Shown: in pieces, positions 30,456-41,020 of the stretch | Position numbering within the stretch: position 1 is the stretch's first letter | Layout of the letters: each line of letters starts with the position of its first letter | Source: Rhizobiaceae bacterium | GTDB taxonomy: Bacteria; Pseudomonadota; Alphaproteobacteria; Rhizobiales; Rhizobiaceae | NCBI GenBank assembly: GCA_050184585.1 | Contig: JBFXAF010000009.1 | Coordinates: 37,695 to 101,694, forward strand | Reading direction: 5' to 3' | Length of the DNA: 64,000 nt | Notes under the pieces: generated by a model | Databases searched by the model: none | Told to the model about the DNA's origin: nothing | What the model saw: the letters and a program-made list of their open reading frames with translations, nothing else | Made by a program: the position numbers and the translations under genes

Positions 30456-30752
30456 ATGGCCAAGACGAAATTTCGCCCGCTCCACGACCGTGTGGTCGTC
30501 CGCCGGGTCGAGTCGGAGGAGAAGACCAAGGGCGGGATCATCATCCCCGACACCGCCAAGGAGAAGCCGCAGGAAGGCGAGATCATCGCCGTCGGTTCCG
30601 GCGCCCGCGACGAAAGCGGCAAGCTGGTGCCCCTGGACGTGAAGAAGGGCGACCGCATCCTGTTCGGCAAGTGGTCCGGCACCGAGGTGAAGCTCGATGG
30701 CGAGGATCTCCTCATCATGAAGGAGTCCGACATCATGGGCATCATCGGCTGA
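30456..30752 (+). CDS. groES: co-chaperonin GroES
   Basis: [47 protein letters not shown]. Confidence 0.95.
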   Translation: MAKTKFRPLHDRVVVRRVESEEKTKGGIIIPDTAKEKPQEGEIIAVGSGARDESGKLVPLDVKKGDRILFGKWSGTEVKLDGEDLLIMKESDIMGIIG

Positions 30753-30805
30753 TCACAGCGAACCCTTCCATCTGAAGACATTCGGGCCCGAGGCCCAGGA
30801 GCTAG

Positions 30806-32455
<1,650 letters not shown>

Positions 32456-32483
32456 GTCCGGCCGTCTAACCCTGACGAACAAA

Positions 32484-32513
32484 GAGAAGGGCGGCCGCAA
32501 GGCCGCCCTTCTC
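32484..32513 (+). terminator. groESL terminator hairpin
   Basis: gagaagggcggcc-gcaa-ggccgcccttctc (13-bp stem), 29 nt after the groEL stop. Confidence 0.65.
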
Positions 32514-32699
32514 GATTCAGCGGACTGCTGGACTTCGTTCGCAGCAGTTGATATTCAATCTCTATTGATCTCCTTTAGGCGCTGACGGGGGAACTGGCGT
32601 CGTGATCAACAGAGAGGCGTTCCTATCCCTGCCTATATTCTGTCTCGCCTGCAGCGGGACCGGTGAGCGGAACGCGTCCGGGCACGGCAGGCCGTAGCG

Positions 32700-35009
32700 A
32701 TGGCCGACGACGACGCCAGCTTCGACGATGGCGATGGTCGCAAGAGCCGCCGGCGTGCCGAGTTCGTGAACAACCTCCTGTTCGAGACACCCGGAGGAAC
32801 CCGTTTCACCCAGGGCAGTCCGATCCTTCCCAACATCTGGATGGCCTATGCCCGGAATCCGACCGAGCAGCTCGATCTGATCCTGAACGTTCACTACACC
32901 AAACACGGAGGCCCGGCGGCGGCGGTCGTCAGGAGTAGGCTTGCCGAGTATCGCGCCAAGGCGGCGAAGTTGCATCCAGCCATTGAGAGGAAGCCGGCCA
33001 GGATTTCATACATCCCGGGGCAGATCGCCGCCAAACTCTACTTCGACGAACTCATCCGCGTCGTTTTGCCATTGACGACCTGGTGGCAGGAGATACGCCG
33101 GAAGGCATGGGATACGCTGCGAGAATACGAACGGCGCGCAAACAAGCCCGCGGGCGCTGCCGACTGGGAAAGGTTTCCCATCCCGAGCGAGGGTCTCAAG
33201 AGGCAGTTCCATCACGCGCTGCTGCTGATGCGTCGCGAACTGCTTCCTCCGCGAACCTATGTCGGCTCGGACGACACCCCCGAGAGTAACATCGCCTTTA
33301 GCGGCGACCGGCGTGCGGTGGTCGACGCCATACCGAACGATCTGGTCTGGCTGGTTCGGGTGGTCGGCCTGATCGCCAACTGTTTCCGCAAGAGGGTCCC
33401 TCTGCTTTCCGAGGACGACGAGTTGTCGAGGCCGGTGGAAACGGACTTCGTAATTCGCCGCGCGACAGGCATCGAAAGCTCGGCGACGAGAGAAGCTCGC
33501 ATCAGGACGGCGGCGACCAACAACGCGGCCGAGGCGAACCGCCGGGCGATCGTGGAGAGCTTCTTCAGTCTCTTTGAAGACTATGACGAACAGGAGTTGC
33601 GCAGCGAGGCCGCGCATATCTTCCGGGCCAACAAGAACCGCCCCGTGCACCTTGCGGTGAGCGAATCCGCGCTGACGGTCAAAGCCGACGCGGCCCGCTT
33701 GCTCTTCAACGTCTCATGCGCCTCCATCACCTGGGCGGTGATCGACAGCGGCATCGACCGCAATCATCCCGCATTCCGCAACACGTCTCAGAAGCATGCT
33801 CTGGAGGTGCGTCAACGGCTCGCCGGGCGCGCCGACAGCGACGGCTACACGGACCAGGTTCACCTGGAGGACCTGGAAAGCCGCGTCGACAAGACAATCG
33901 ACTTCACCCGGCTCAGGGAACTGCTGGACGTCGGGGCCAACATCAGCGCCGACGGCGAGATCAGCAATGAGAACGAGGAGGAACGCGACGAACTGCTGAC
34001 GCGGATCGCCGTCAACATCGCCGCCCGCGAAGGCGTAGCCCTGGATAGGTCGCGCGGGATCTCGATCATCCCGCCGGAATTCCTCGGCAAGGCCAGGCAG
34101 CGGATGAGGGAGTTCCGCCAGCATATCAGGCAAGGGCGCAACATCGAATGGGCGGACATGGAGGACATGATCGTCGACAGGGAGCCGGCCGAGCCCGACA
34201 ATGACCATGGCACCCATGTGGCGGGCATCCTGGGGGCCGACTGGATCGAGGATATCGAGAGCGAGCGCGGCATCCCGATGGAGAGCCGTACGCGCAGGAT
34301 GCGCGGCGTTTGCCCCGACATCCGCCTGATCGATGTGCGTGTCTTCCGCCAGGACGGGCTGACCGACGAATTCGAACTGATGGCGGCGATACAGTACCTG
34401 CGCTGGATGAACTCCCGCGCCGGCTTCATGCAGGTGCATGGCGCCAACATGAGCCTGTCGCTGGTTCACGAGGTCCGCCGGTTTGCCTGCGGGCAGACGC
34501 CGATCTGCATCGAATGCGATGAAGCGACCGCGTCCGGCATGGTCATCGTGGCGGCGGCGGGCAACCGCGGCTTCGATTTCGAGGATCTCGACGAGATCCG
34601 CCCGAACGATGGCTATCGCACCGTTTCGGTCACCGATCCCGGCAACGCTGCGAGCGTGATCACCGTCGGCGCCACCCACCGGCGCCACCCCCACGAGTTC
34701 GGCGTCAGCTACTTCTCGAGCCGCGGCCCGACAGGCGACGGGCGCTTGAAGCCCGATGTCGTGGCTCCGGGAGAAAAGATCGAGGGACCCACGACGCGCG
34801 GCCAGGCCGGCGTCAAGGACGGCACCAGCATGGCGGCGCCGCATGTCAGCGGCGTGGCGGCGATGTTGATGGCAAGGCACACGGAACTCATCGGCGACCC
34901 GGCGAAGCTGAAGCAGATCATCTGCCGCACGGCGACCGATCTGGGCCGCGAACGCTATTTTCAGGGGCACGGCCTGGTCGATGCCCTGCGCGCGATGCAG
35001 TCGGTCTAA
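32700..35009 (+). CDS. S8 family (subtilase) serine peptidase, no signal peptide, long unassigned N-terminal region
   Basis: Catalytic triad in order: AVIDSGID (Asp349, nt 33744), HGTHVAG (His503, nt 34206), GTSMAAPHVSG (Ser710, nt 34827). The N-terminus MADDDASFDDGDGRK is not a signal sequence. Confidence 0.85.
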   Translation: MADDDASFDDGDGRKSRRRAEFVNNLLFETPGGTRFTQGSPILPNIWMAYARNPTEQLDLILNVHYTKHGGPAAAVVRSRLAEYRAKAAKLHPAIERKPARISYIPGQIAAKLYFDELIRVVLPLTTWWQEIRRKAWDTLREYERRANKPAGAADWERFPIPSEGLKRQFHHALLLMRRELLPPRTYVGSDDTPESNIAFSGDRRAVVDAIPNDLVWLVRVVGLIANCFRKRVPLLSEDDELSRPVETDFVIRRATGIESSATREARIRTAATNNAAEANRRAIVESFFSLFEDYDEQELRSEAAHIFRANKNRPVHLAVSESALTVKADAARLLFNVSCASITWAVIDSGIDRNHPAFRNTSQKHALEVRQRLAGRADSDGYTDQVHLEDLESRVDKTIDFTRLRELLDVGANISADGEISNENEEERDELLTRIAVNIAAREGVALDRSRGISIIPPEFLGKARQRMREFRQHIRQGRNIEWADMEDMIVDREPAEPDNDHGTHVAGILGADWIEDIESERGIPMESRTRRMRGVCPDIRLIDVRVFRQDGLTDEFELMAAIQYLRWMNSRAGFMQVHGANMSLSLVHEVRRFACGQTPICIECDEATASGMVIVAAAGNRGFDFEDLDEIRPNDGYRTVSVTDPGNAASVITVGATHRRHPHEFGVSYFSSRGPTGDGRLKPDVVAPGEKIEGPTTRGQAGVKDGTSMAAPHVSGVAAMLMARHTELIGDPAKLKQIICRTATDLGRERYFQGHGLVDALRAMQSV

Positions 35010-35027
35010 GCTGGCGGGGAGGTTGGC

Positions 35028-36218
35028 GTGGCGACGGATCTGGTGCTCAAGGTTCTGAGGGCGAAGAAGGGCGACTGCCTGATCCTGCAGGCGGATGGCG
35101 CCACGGTGCTGATCGATGGCGGACCCGGCGGCGTGTTCCGGGCATTTCTCGAGCCCGTGCTCGAGGAATTGCGACCCGGCGCCGGCATCAACAAAGAGAG
35201 CCAACCGATCGATCTGATGATGGTCAGCCACATCGACGACGACCACATCGCCGGAATTCTCGACCTCTTGAGAAAGCTCGAGGCCCAGAATCAGGCGCAA
35301 CAGAACCCGATCGTCGAGATATTCCAAGCCTGGCACAACAGCTTTGCCGACATCGTCGGCGGCGTCGCGGCGCCCACCGGTGCGGTCAAGGCGGAAGCCG
35401 CCTCGCTCAGCGCGGCGATGACCGAACTCCTGGGCGAGGAGACATCGCACAGCACCGAACTCGTGCTCGCCGGGGTGGCGCAAGGACGGGAACTGAAGCT
35501 TCATCTGGATGCGCAGGGGATCCCGACGAACCAGGGGTTTCAAGACGAACTCGTGGCTCAGCGGGCCGGCGTCGCGTTCACGTCGATGACGGGGGGCCTG
35601 TCGATCACCGTGATCGGCCCGTCTAAGGCCGAACTCGACGCCCTGAAGGCGAAGTGGAAGACAGAGCTTCCGGCGATTCTCGCGAAGAAAAACTCGGCTT
35701 CGGCAGCGGAAGTCGCGGAAGCGAAGGAACGCGCCCTCAAGCTCGACAAGTCGGTGGCGAACCTGTCGAGCATCGTCTGTGTAGCCGCGGTCAACGGCAA
35801 ACGCGCGCTACTGACCGGCGATGCGCGCGGCGACATGATCATGCCTTGGCTTGTCGAGGCCGGCTACATGCAAGCGGGGGAGACGGTCATGTTCGACATC
35901 GTCAAGCTGCCGCATCATGGAAGCCACTACAACATCTCGCCCGAGTTCTTCCGCACGGTGCTCGCGACGCACTATGTCGTCAGCGGCGACGGGGAGCACG
36001 GCAATCCCGAACCGACAGCGCTGCAGTGGCTGTTCGAGGCCCGCCCCGAACTGGACTACACGGTCTGGATGACCTACGGCCCCGACCAGCTGATGCAGCA
36101 TCCGAAATTCCGGAAGGCAGGAAACGACCAGGCACTGTCGAACCTCTTGACCCCGGAACGGCGAGCAGTCCTTCGGTTTCCTGATGGGCAAGAAATCTTC
36201 ATGGATGTCGAGGTCTAG
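35028..36218 (+). CDS. MBL-fold (ComEC/Rec2-type) metallo-hydrolase-like protein
   Basis: GTG start with GGGGAGG upstream. Motifs: KGDCLILQADGATVLIDGG, SHIDDDHIAG (nt 35229..35246), LLTGDARGD, VKLPHHGS. Confidence 0.7.
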   Translation: MATDLVLKVLRAKKGDCLILQADGATVLIDGGPGGVFRAFLEPVLEELRPGAGINKESQPIDLMMVSHIDDDHIAGILDLLRKLEAQNQAQQNPIVEIFQAWHNSFADIVGGVAAPTGAVKAEAASLSAAMTELLGEETSHSTELVLAGVAQGRELKLHLDAQGIPTNQGFQDELVAQRAGVAFTSMTGGLSITVIGPSKAELDALKAKWKTELPAILAKKNSASAAEVAEAKERALKLDKSVANLSSIVCVAAVNGKRALLTGDARGDMIMPWLVEAGYMQAGETVMFDIVKLPHHGSHYNISPEFFRTVLATHYVVSGDGEHGNPEPTALQWLFEARPELDYTVWMTYGPDQLMQHPKFRKAGNDQALSNLLTPERRAVLRFPDGQEIFMDVEV

Positions 36219-36229
36219 CACCAGCCGCC

Positions 36230-36265
36230 GGCGGATGAATGCCGACGGTGTCGGAACCATCCGCC
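36230..36265 (+). terminator. hairpin directly after the MBL-like gene (no T-tract)
   Basis: ggcggatg ... catccgcc with an inner ccga-cggtg-tcgg stem, starting 12 nt after the stop. Confidence 0.3.
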
Positions 36266-36479
36266 ACCCGCGCCGTTGATCCCGCGTCCGACAGCCGTCG
36301 AAAGAAGGCCGAGGACGACAAGACGCCTCCAGCACTGTCACAGGTGCGGGAGGCGTCTTCGCGACCGCGAGCGGCGTCGGACGTATTTTGCGTCCCGACC
36401 TCATCCTGCGGAAAGTGCTTCCTTGGCCTCGGGAGTGCTTGGTCCTAGAGCCTGACGATCGTCCGTCACGGAGCCGGCC

Positions 36480-37259
36480 ATGCAGGAATTTTTCCTCTTC
36501 GCTATCGTTGGTTTCCTGGCCCAGGCCGTCGACGGTGCGCTCGGCATGGCCTACGGCGTCATCTCGTCGACGACGCTGCTGGCCTTCGGCGTTTCACCCG
36601 CGCATGCTTCCGCCGCCGTCCACGCGGCCGAACTCTTCACCACCGCCGCCTCAGGCTCGTCGCACCTCTATCATCGCAACATCGACTGGAAGCTGTTCTG
36701 GCGGTTGACGCCGTTCGGGATCGCCGGCGGCTGCCTTGGCGCTTTCGTCCTGACATCCTTCGAGGGTGACATGGTGAAGCCGTTCGTGACGCTCTACCTC
36801 GCGCTCGTGGGGGCGTTCCTGGTGTTCCGCTCGTTCCGGAAGATTCCGTCGAAGCCGGTGCCTACGCAGGTCGTTGCGCCGCTCGGGGCGGCGGGTGGGT
36901 TCCTCGATGCCGCTGGGGGCGGGGGCTGGGGGCCGATCGTGACGACCGGACTGCTCGGCGCTGGCGCGCCTCCGCGCTATGTCATCGGCACCGTGAATGC
37001 GGCCGAGTTCCTGATCACCCTTGCGGTATCGTCCGCCTTCGTCGTCGCGATGGTCACCGGTCACTGGGAGGAGGCGGGAGCCTGGAGCGAAAACCTGGCC
37101 GCCATCGCGGGCCTCATCATCGGTGGACTGATGGCCGCGCCGCTCGCGGGCTATCTCGTCAGACGGATTCCGGAGGTTGCGCTACTCAGGCTGGTCGGAT
37201 GCCTGATCGTGCTGGTCGCCGGATTCCAGTCGATCCAGATACTCGGCCTGACGGGGTAG
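36480..37259 (+). CDS. TauE/SafE (TSUP) family anion exporter
   Basis: 259 aa polytopic protein. N-terminus FLAQAVDGALGMAYGV is typical of the TSUP family. Confidence 0.85.
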   Translation: MQEFFLFAIVGFLAQAVDGALGMAYGVISSTTLLAFGVSPAHASAAVHAAELFTTAASGSSHLYHRNIDWKLFWRLTPFGIAGGCLGAFVLTSFEGDMVKPFVTLYLALVGAFLVFRSFRKIPSKPVPTQVVAPLGAAGGFLDAAGGGGWGPIVTTGLLGAGAPPRYVIGTVNAAEFLITLAVSSAFVVAMVTGHWEEAGAWSENLAAIAGLIIGGLMAAPLAGYLVRRIPEVALLRLVGCLIVLVAGFQSIQILGLTG

Positions 37260-37267
37260 GTTCGGCC

Positions 37268-37930
37268 TCAGTCCGTAAAGAGTCCGGGGTTCGCCGCTGC
37301 GAGCTTCGGCAGCGACGTGAGCACTTCGGAGAGATGGCCACGCATGGCAGCGTCGGCTCCGGATGCATCGCGTATCTTGAGGGCCTCGACGATCCTGACG
37401 TGCTGGTCGATGATGACGTCGAGCGGCGTCGCGTTGGGAAGGGACAGGTATCTCACCCGGTCCATCTGGGCCTTGAGACTTTCCAGCACCCGCCACGCAT
37501 CCTCGCAGTCGGCGCCGCCTGCGATCGCCTGGTGGAATGCGTCATCGAGGCGCAGGAACGCGACGTTGTCGCCTCGTGCGGCGGCGGTGCGCTGACCTTC
37601 GACGGCGGCCTCGATCGCGGCCAGGTCCGCGGGTTCGACTTCCGCGACCGCCTTGCGGACGATGGCGACCTCGATGGCTTCCCGCAGGAAGCGGGCGTTC
37701 TGAACCTCGCGGATCGAGATCAGTCGGACGAAGGTGCCACGCTGAGGGCGGATTTCGACCAGCCCGACTTCGGCGAGCTTGATGAACGCCTCGCGCACGG
37801 GTTGCCGCGAAACGCCGAGCTGACGACCGATCTCGGCCTCCGATAGCGGTTCGCCCGGCCGGAAACCGAGCTGGACGATCGCCTTGCGAATCGAATCGTA
37901 GACGCGGCTGCCGATCGAGACCTGCCGCAT
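37268..37930 (-). CDS. GntR family transcriptional regulator (FadR/FCD subfamily)
   Basis: HTH (SEAEIGRQLGVSRQPVREAFIKL). ATG 37930 (MRQVSIG...) is preferred; the track start at 37990 lacks an RBS. Confidence 0.8.
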   Translation of the reverse strand: MRQVSIGSRVYDSIRKAIVQLGFRPGEPLSEAEIGRQLGVSRQPVREAFIKLAEVGLVEIRPQRGTFVRLISIREVQNARFLREAIEVAIVRKAVAEVEPADLAAIEAAVEGQRTAAARGDNVAFLRLDDAFHQAIAGGADCEDAWRVLESLKAQMDRVRYLSLPNATPLDVIIDQHVRIVEALKIRDASGADAAMRGHLSEVLTSLPKLAAANPGLFTD

Positions 37931-38052
37931 CCTGCGGCTCTCATCCCCCAGCGTCGCGAGTTCAAATCCCAGCGTCATGTTGACAGTCATATACTACCAT
38001 ACTAGCTTGGGGAAGGTCGCCGTCGTCGGCGAGAGGCTTTTGGGAGGAAGTC

Positions 38053-39030
38053 ATGAAATCCATGTCCAGTCGGATCCTGCTTGCCGCGGTCGCCGTGTCG
38101 TTCTCCTTCGGCGCGTCGGCGGCGGACCATACATTGAGCGTGAACACCGCGCTCGCCGTCACCGACCCCTTGTACAAGGGTCTCGAGACTTTCGCCGCCA
38201 ATGTCGCCACCGCAAGCGGCGGCCGCGTCGAGGTGAAGCTTTTCCCCAACTCGCAGCTTGGACCCGACGAGGACGTCCTCGAGCAGGCCCGCGCGGGTGC
38301 GCCCGTCGCAGTGGTCGTGGACGGCGGCCGCCTGGCCAATTTCGTGCCGGAGTTCGGCGTGCTCGGCGCGCCTTACCTGGCGAACGGCTATGACGGCATC
38401 CGCAAGGTGGTGACGTCCGACAAGTTCGAGGAGTGGGTGAAGAAGCTTCACGACGCCTCTGGCCACCAGATCCTGTCGTTCAACTGGTGGCAGGGCGAAC
38501 GCCACCTGTGGACCGCCGGTCCGGTGAGCAAGCCCGCCGACCTCGCCGGCAGCCGCATGCGCACGCCCGGCGCGCCGGTCTGGGTCGAGACCGTGACGGC
38601 CATGGGCGCCGTACCGACCCCGATGCCGTTCGCCGAGGTCTATTCCGCGCTGGAGCAGAAGGTGATCGATTCCGTCGAATGCCAGCTGCCGGCCGGGCAG
38701 GGCGCGAAGCTCTTCGAGGTCACCAAGGTGCTGACCAAGACCGGCCACATCAACCTGATCACCGGCCTTGTGACCAGCGCGTCCTGGTATGATGGTCTGC
38801 CGGCCGATCTGCAGAAGGTGCTGCGCGACGAGGCGTTGAAGGCGGGCGACGTCGCCTCATACGGCACGCGCGACGCGCTGGCGAGCATCGAGGAGGATCT
38901 CAAGAAGTCGGGCATGACCGTCAACGAGATCGACCTGACGGTGTTCCGCGACGCCACCGCCGGCGTCTACGAGAAGCTCGGCTACGCCGCGCTGAAGGAC
39001 GAGTTGCAGGCCATCGCCAACGCGCAGTAG
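38053..39030 (+). CDS. dctP: TRAP transporter substrate-binding protein
   Basis: Signal peptide and DctP-family length. Followed by the Q and M subunit genes. Confidence 0.9.
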   Translation: MKSMSSRILLAAVAVSFSFGASAADHTLSVNTALAVTDPLYKGLETFAANVATASGGRVEVKLFPNSQLGPDEDVLEQARAGAPVAVVVDGGRLANFVPEFGVLGAPYLANGYDGIRKVVTSDKFEEWVKKLHDASGHQILSFNWWQGERHLWTAGPVSKPADLAGSRMRTPGAPVWVETVTAMGAVPTPMPFAEVYSALEQKVIDSVECQLPAGQGAKLFEVTKVLTKTGHINLITGLVTSASWYDGLPADLQKVLRDEALKAGDVASYGTRDALASIEEDLKKSGMTVNEIDLTVFRDATAGVYEKLGYAALKDELQAIANAQ

Positions 39031-39049
39031 CGTACTCGGCGTCGAGATC

Positions 39050-39074
39050 GGGCGGGACGCGCCGCGTCCCGCCC
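39050..39074 (+). terminator. intercistronic hairpin after the TRAP SBP gene
   Basis: gggcgggacgc-gcc-gcgtcccgccc followed by gttt. Confidence 0.45.
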
Positions 39075-39100
39075 GTTTCGTTCGGAAAGGAGGCCCGGCC

Positions 39101-39619
39101 GTGCTCAAGCGTCTGTCGCAGGTCGAACTGGCTTTCGCGATCGGTCTGCTCGCCTTGATCACGGGCCTCGTCTTCGTCGCCGCCATCATGCGCTTCTTCG
39201 GCAGGCCGCTGATCTGGTCGGTGGACATGGCGCAGCTCCTGTTCATCTGGCTGTGCATGATCGGGGCCACGCGGGCCATGCGCGAGAAATCGCACCTCGG
39301 AATGGAGGTGCTGGCCAAACATTTCGGCTACCGCCGGCAATTCTGGGTCGAGATGGCCTGCGCGGCGATCATCCTCGCCTTCCTCGGCATCCTGACGGTC
39401 GAAGGCTACAGGCTCACCATGCTGAACCGCGAGCGCACCTTCGGCGATTCAACGCTCTCCTATGCCTGGGTGACGGCGGCGGTGCCCGTCGGCTGCGTGA
39501 TGCTCGCAATCGCGCTCGCCTACAACATGGTCGTCGCCTGGATGCGACGCGCGGAAGGAATGCTCGTCTATACGCGCACGCGCGCCGACGGCGAGCAGGT
39601 CGAGACCTTCGAATTGTAG
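39101..39619 (+). CDS. dctQ: TRAP transporter small permease
   Basis: GTG start with AAGGAGG RBS. 172 aa with 4 TM segments. Confidence 0.85.
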   Translation: MLKRLSQVELAFAIGLLALITGLVFVAAIMRFFGRPLIWSVDMAQLLFIWLCMIGATRAMREKSHLGMEVLAKHFGYRRQFWVEMACAAIILAFLGILTVEGYRLTMLNRERTFGDSTLSYAWVTAAVPVGCVMLAIALAYNMVVAWMRRAEGMLVYTRTRADGEQVETFEL

Positions 39620-39629
39620 GCGCGGGGCG

Positions 39630-40910
39630 ATGCTGCTGATCTCCGTCGTCTTCGTCGTCCTGATGGTGATCGGAATGCCGGTCGCCTTCGCCACGGGCAT
39701 CGCCGGCTTCGTCTTCTTCATGACCAATTCCGGCATGCCGATGTCGATCGGCGTGCAGAAGATCGCCTCGATGAGCCAGAGCTTCCCGCTGCTGGCCGTG
39801 CCGTTCTTCGTGCTCGCCGGCCACCTGATGAACGAGAGCGGCATCACCGGCCGGCTGCTCAAGGTGTCGCTGGTCGCGGTCGGCTGGATGTCGGGCGGCC
39901 TCGCGCAGGTGGCGATCCTTCTTTCCACGCTGATGGGCGGCGTGTCGGGCTCGGCGGTCGCCGATGCCGCCATGGAAGCGCGCATCCTCGGGCCCGCGAT
40001 GATCCAGAAGGGCTACGGCAAGGGCTTTTCGGCCGCCGCCATCGCCGTCGGCTCACTAATCACGGCGACGATACCGCCCTCGATCGGCCTCATCCTCTAC
40101 GGCTACATCGGCAATGTCTCGATCGGCCGCCTCTTCCTCGCCGGGATCATTCCGGGTTTCATGATGATGGCGGTGCTCATGCTCACCACCTACGTGATCG
40201 CCCGGCGTCGCGGCTACGTCGTGGCCAACAGCGAGAAGCCGACCGTGCGCGCGCTTGCGGCGGCGGCATGGGAAGCGAAGTGGGCGCTGTTCTTTCCGGT
40301 CGCGCTGGTCCTGGCCATCCGCGGCGGGGTCTTCACGCCGTCCGAGGTCGGCTCCTTCGCGGTGGTCTACGCGCTGGTCATCGGCTTCCTGGCGCATCGG
40401 GAACTGACATTCGCGAAAGCGTGGCGGGCCTTCGGGCATGCCTGTTCGGATGTCGGGCTGATCATGCTGATCATCCTGATGTCGGGCATGGTCGGCTTCG
40501 CGACCATCTACCTCCAGGTCCCGCAGAACCTCGCCAACTGGATGCTTGACGGGCTGACCGATCCGAACGTCATCGTGATCGCCATCCTGCTCTTCCTGCT
40601 GATCGCCGGGCTGGCCCTTGAATCGACGGTCATGGTCCTTCTGCTGACACCCATTTTCGTGCCCATCATCACCAAGATCGGCATCGACCCGGTGCATTTC
40701 GGCATCCTGATGATGTCGATCGTCACTCTCGGCGGAATGACCTGGCCGAGCGGATCGGCGATGTTCGCGGTATGCTCGCTGATGAACGTTTCGATCGAGG
40801 AATACTCGATCGCCTCCATTCCGTTTCTCGCTGCGGTCGTGGCGCTGATCGTCTTCCTCCTGTTCACGCCCGGCCTGGTCCTGTGGCTGCCGAACATGGC
40901 GTTCGGCTAG
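39630..40910 (+). CDS. dctM: TRAP transporter large permease
   Basis: 426 aa polytopic DctM-type protein. Confidence 0.9.
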   Translation: MLLISVVFVVLMVIGMPVAFATGIAGFVFFMTNSGMPMSIGVQKIASMSQSFPLLAVPFFVLAGHLMNESGITGRLLKVSLVAVGWMSGGLAQVAILLSTLMGGVSGSAVADAAMEARILGPAMIQKGYGKGFSAAAIAVGSLITATIPPSIGLILYGYIGNVSIGRLFLAGIIPGFMMMAVLMLTTYVIARRRGYVVANSEKPTVRALAAAAWEAKWALFFPVALVLAIRGGVFTPSEVGSFAVVYALVIGFLAHRELTFAKAWRAFGHACSDVGLIMLIILMSGMVGFATIYLQVPQNLANWMLDGLTDPNVIVIAILLFLLIAGLALESTVMVLLLTPIFVPIITKIGIDPVHFGILMMSIVTLGGMTWPSGSAMFAVCSLMNVSIEEYSIASIPFLAAVVALIVFLLFTPGLVLWLPNMAFG

Positions 40911-41020
40911 GGCCGTCCCGAAAATATCGATTAGACCGACGCCACGGCCGCCGCGGGCGGTAGCGGTCCCGGCATCGCTTGACTATGGTGCGCGCGATTT
41001 CGACCGACCACGGGAAGACC

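Noticed and set aside
33714-35543. 609-aa minus-strand ORF spanning the S8/MBL junction
   Set aside because: It is antisense to two ORFs that carry unambiguous catalytic motifs on the + strand. Its Arg/Gly/Ala/Asp/His-rich composition is typical of antisense frames in high-GC DNA.
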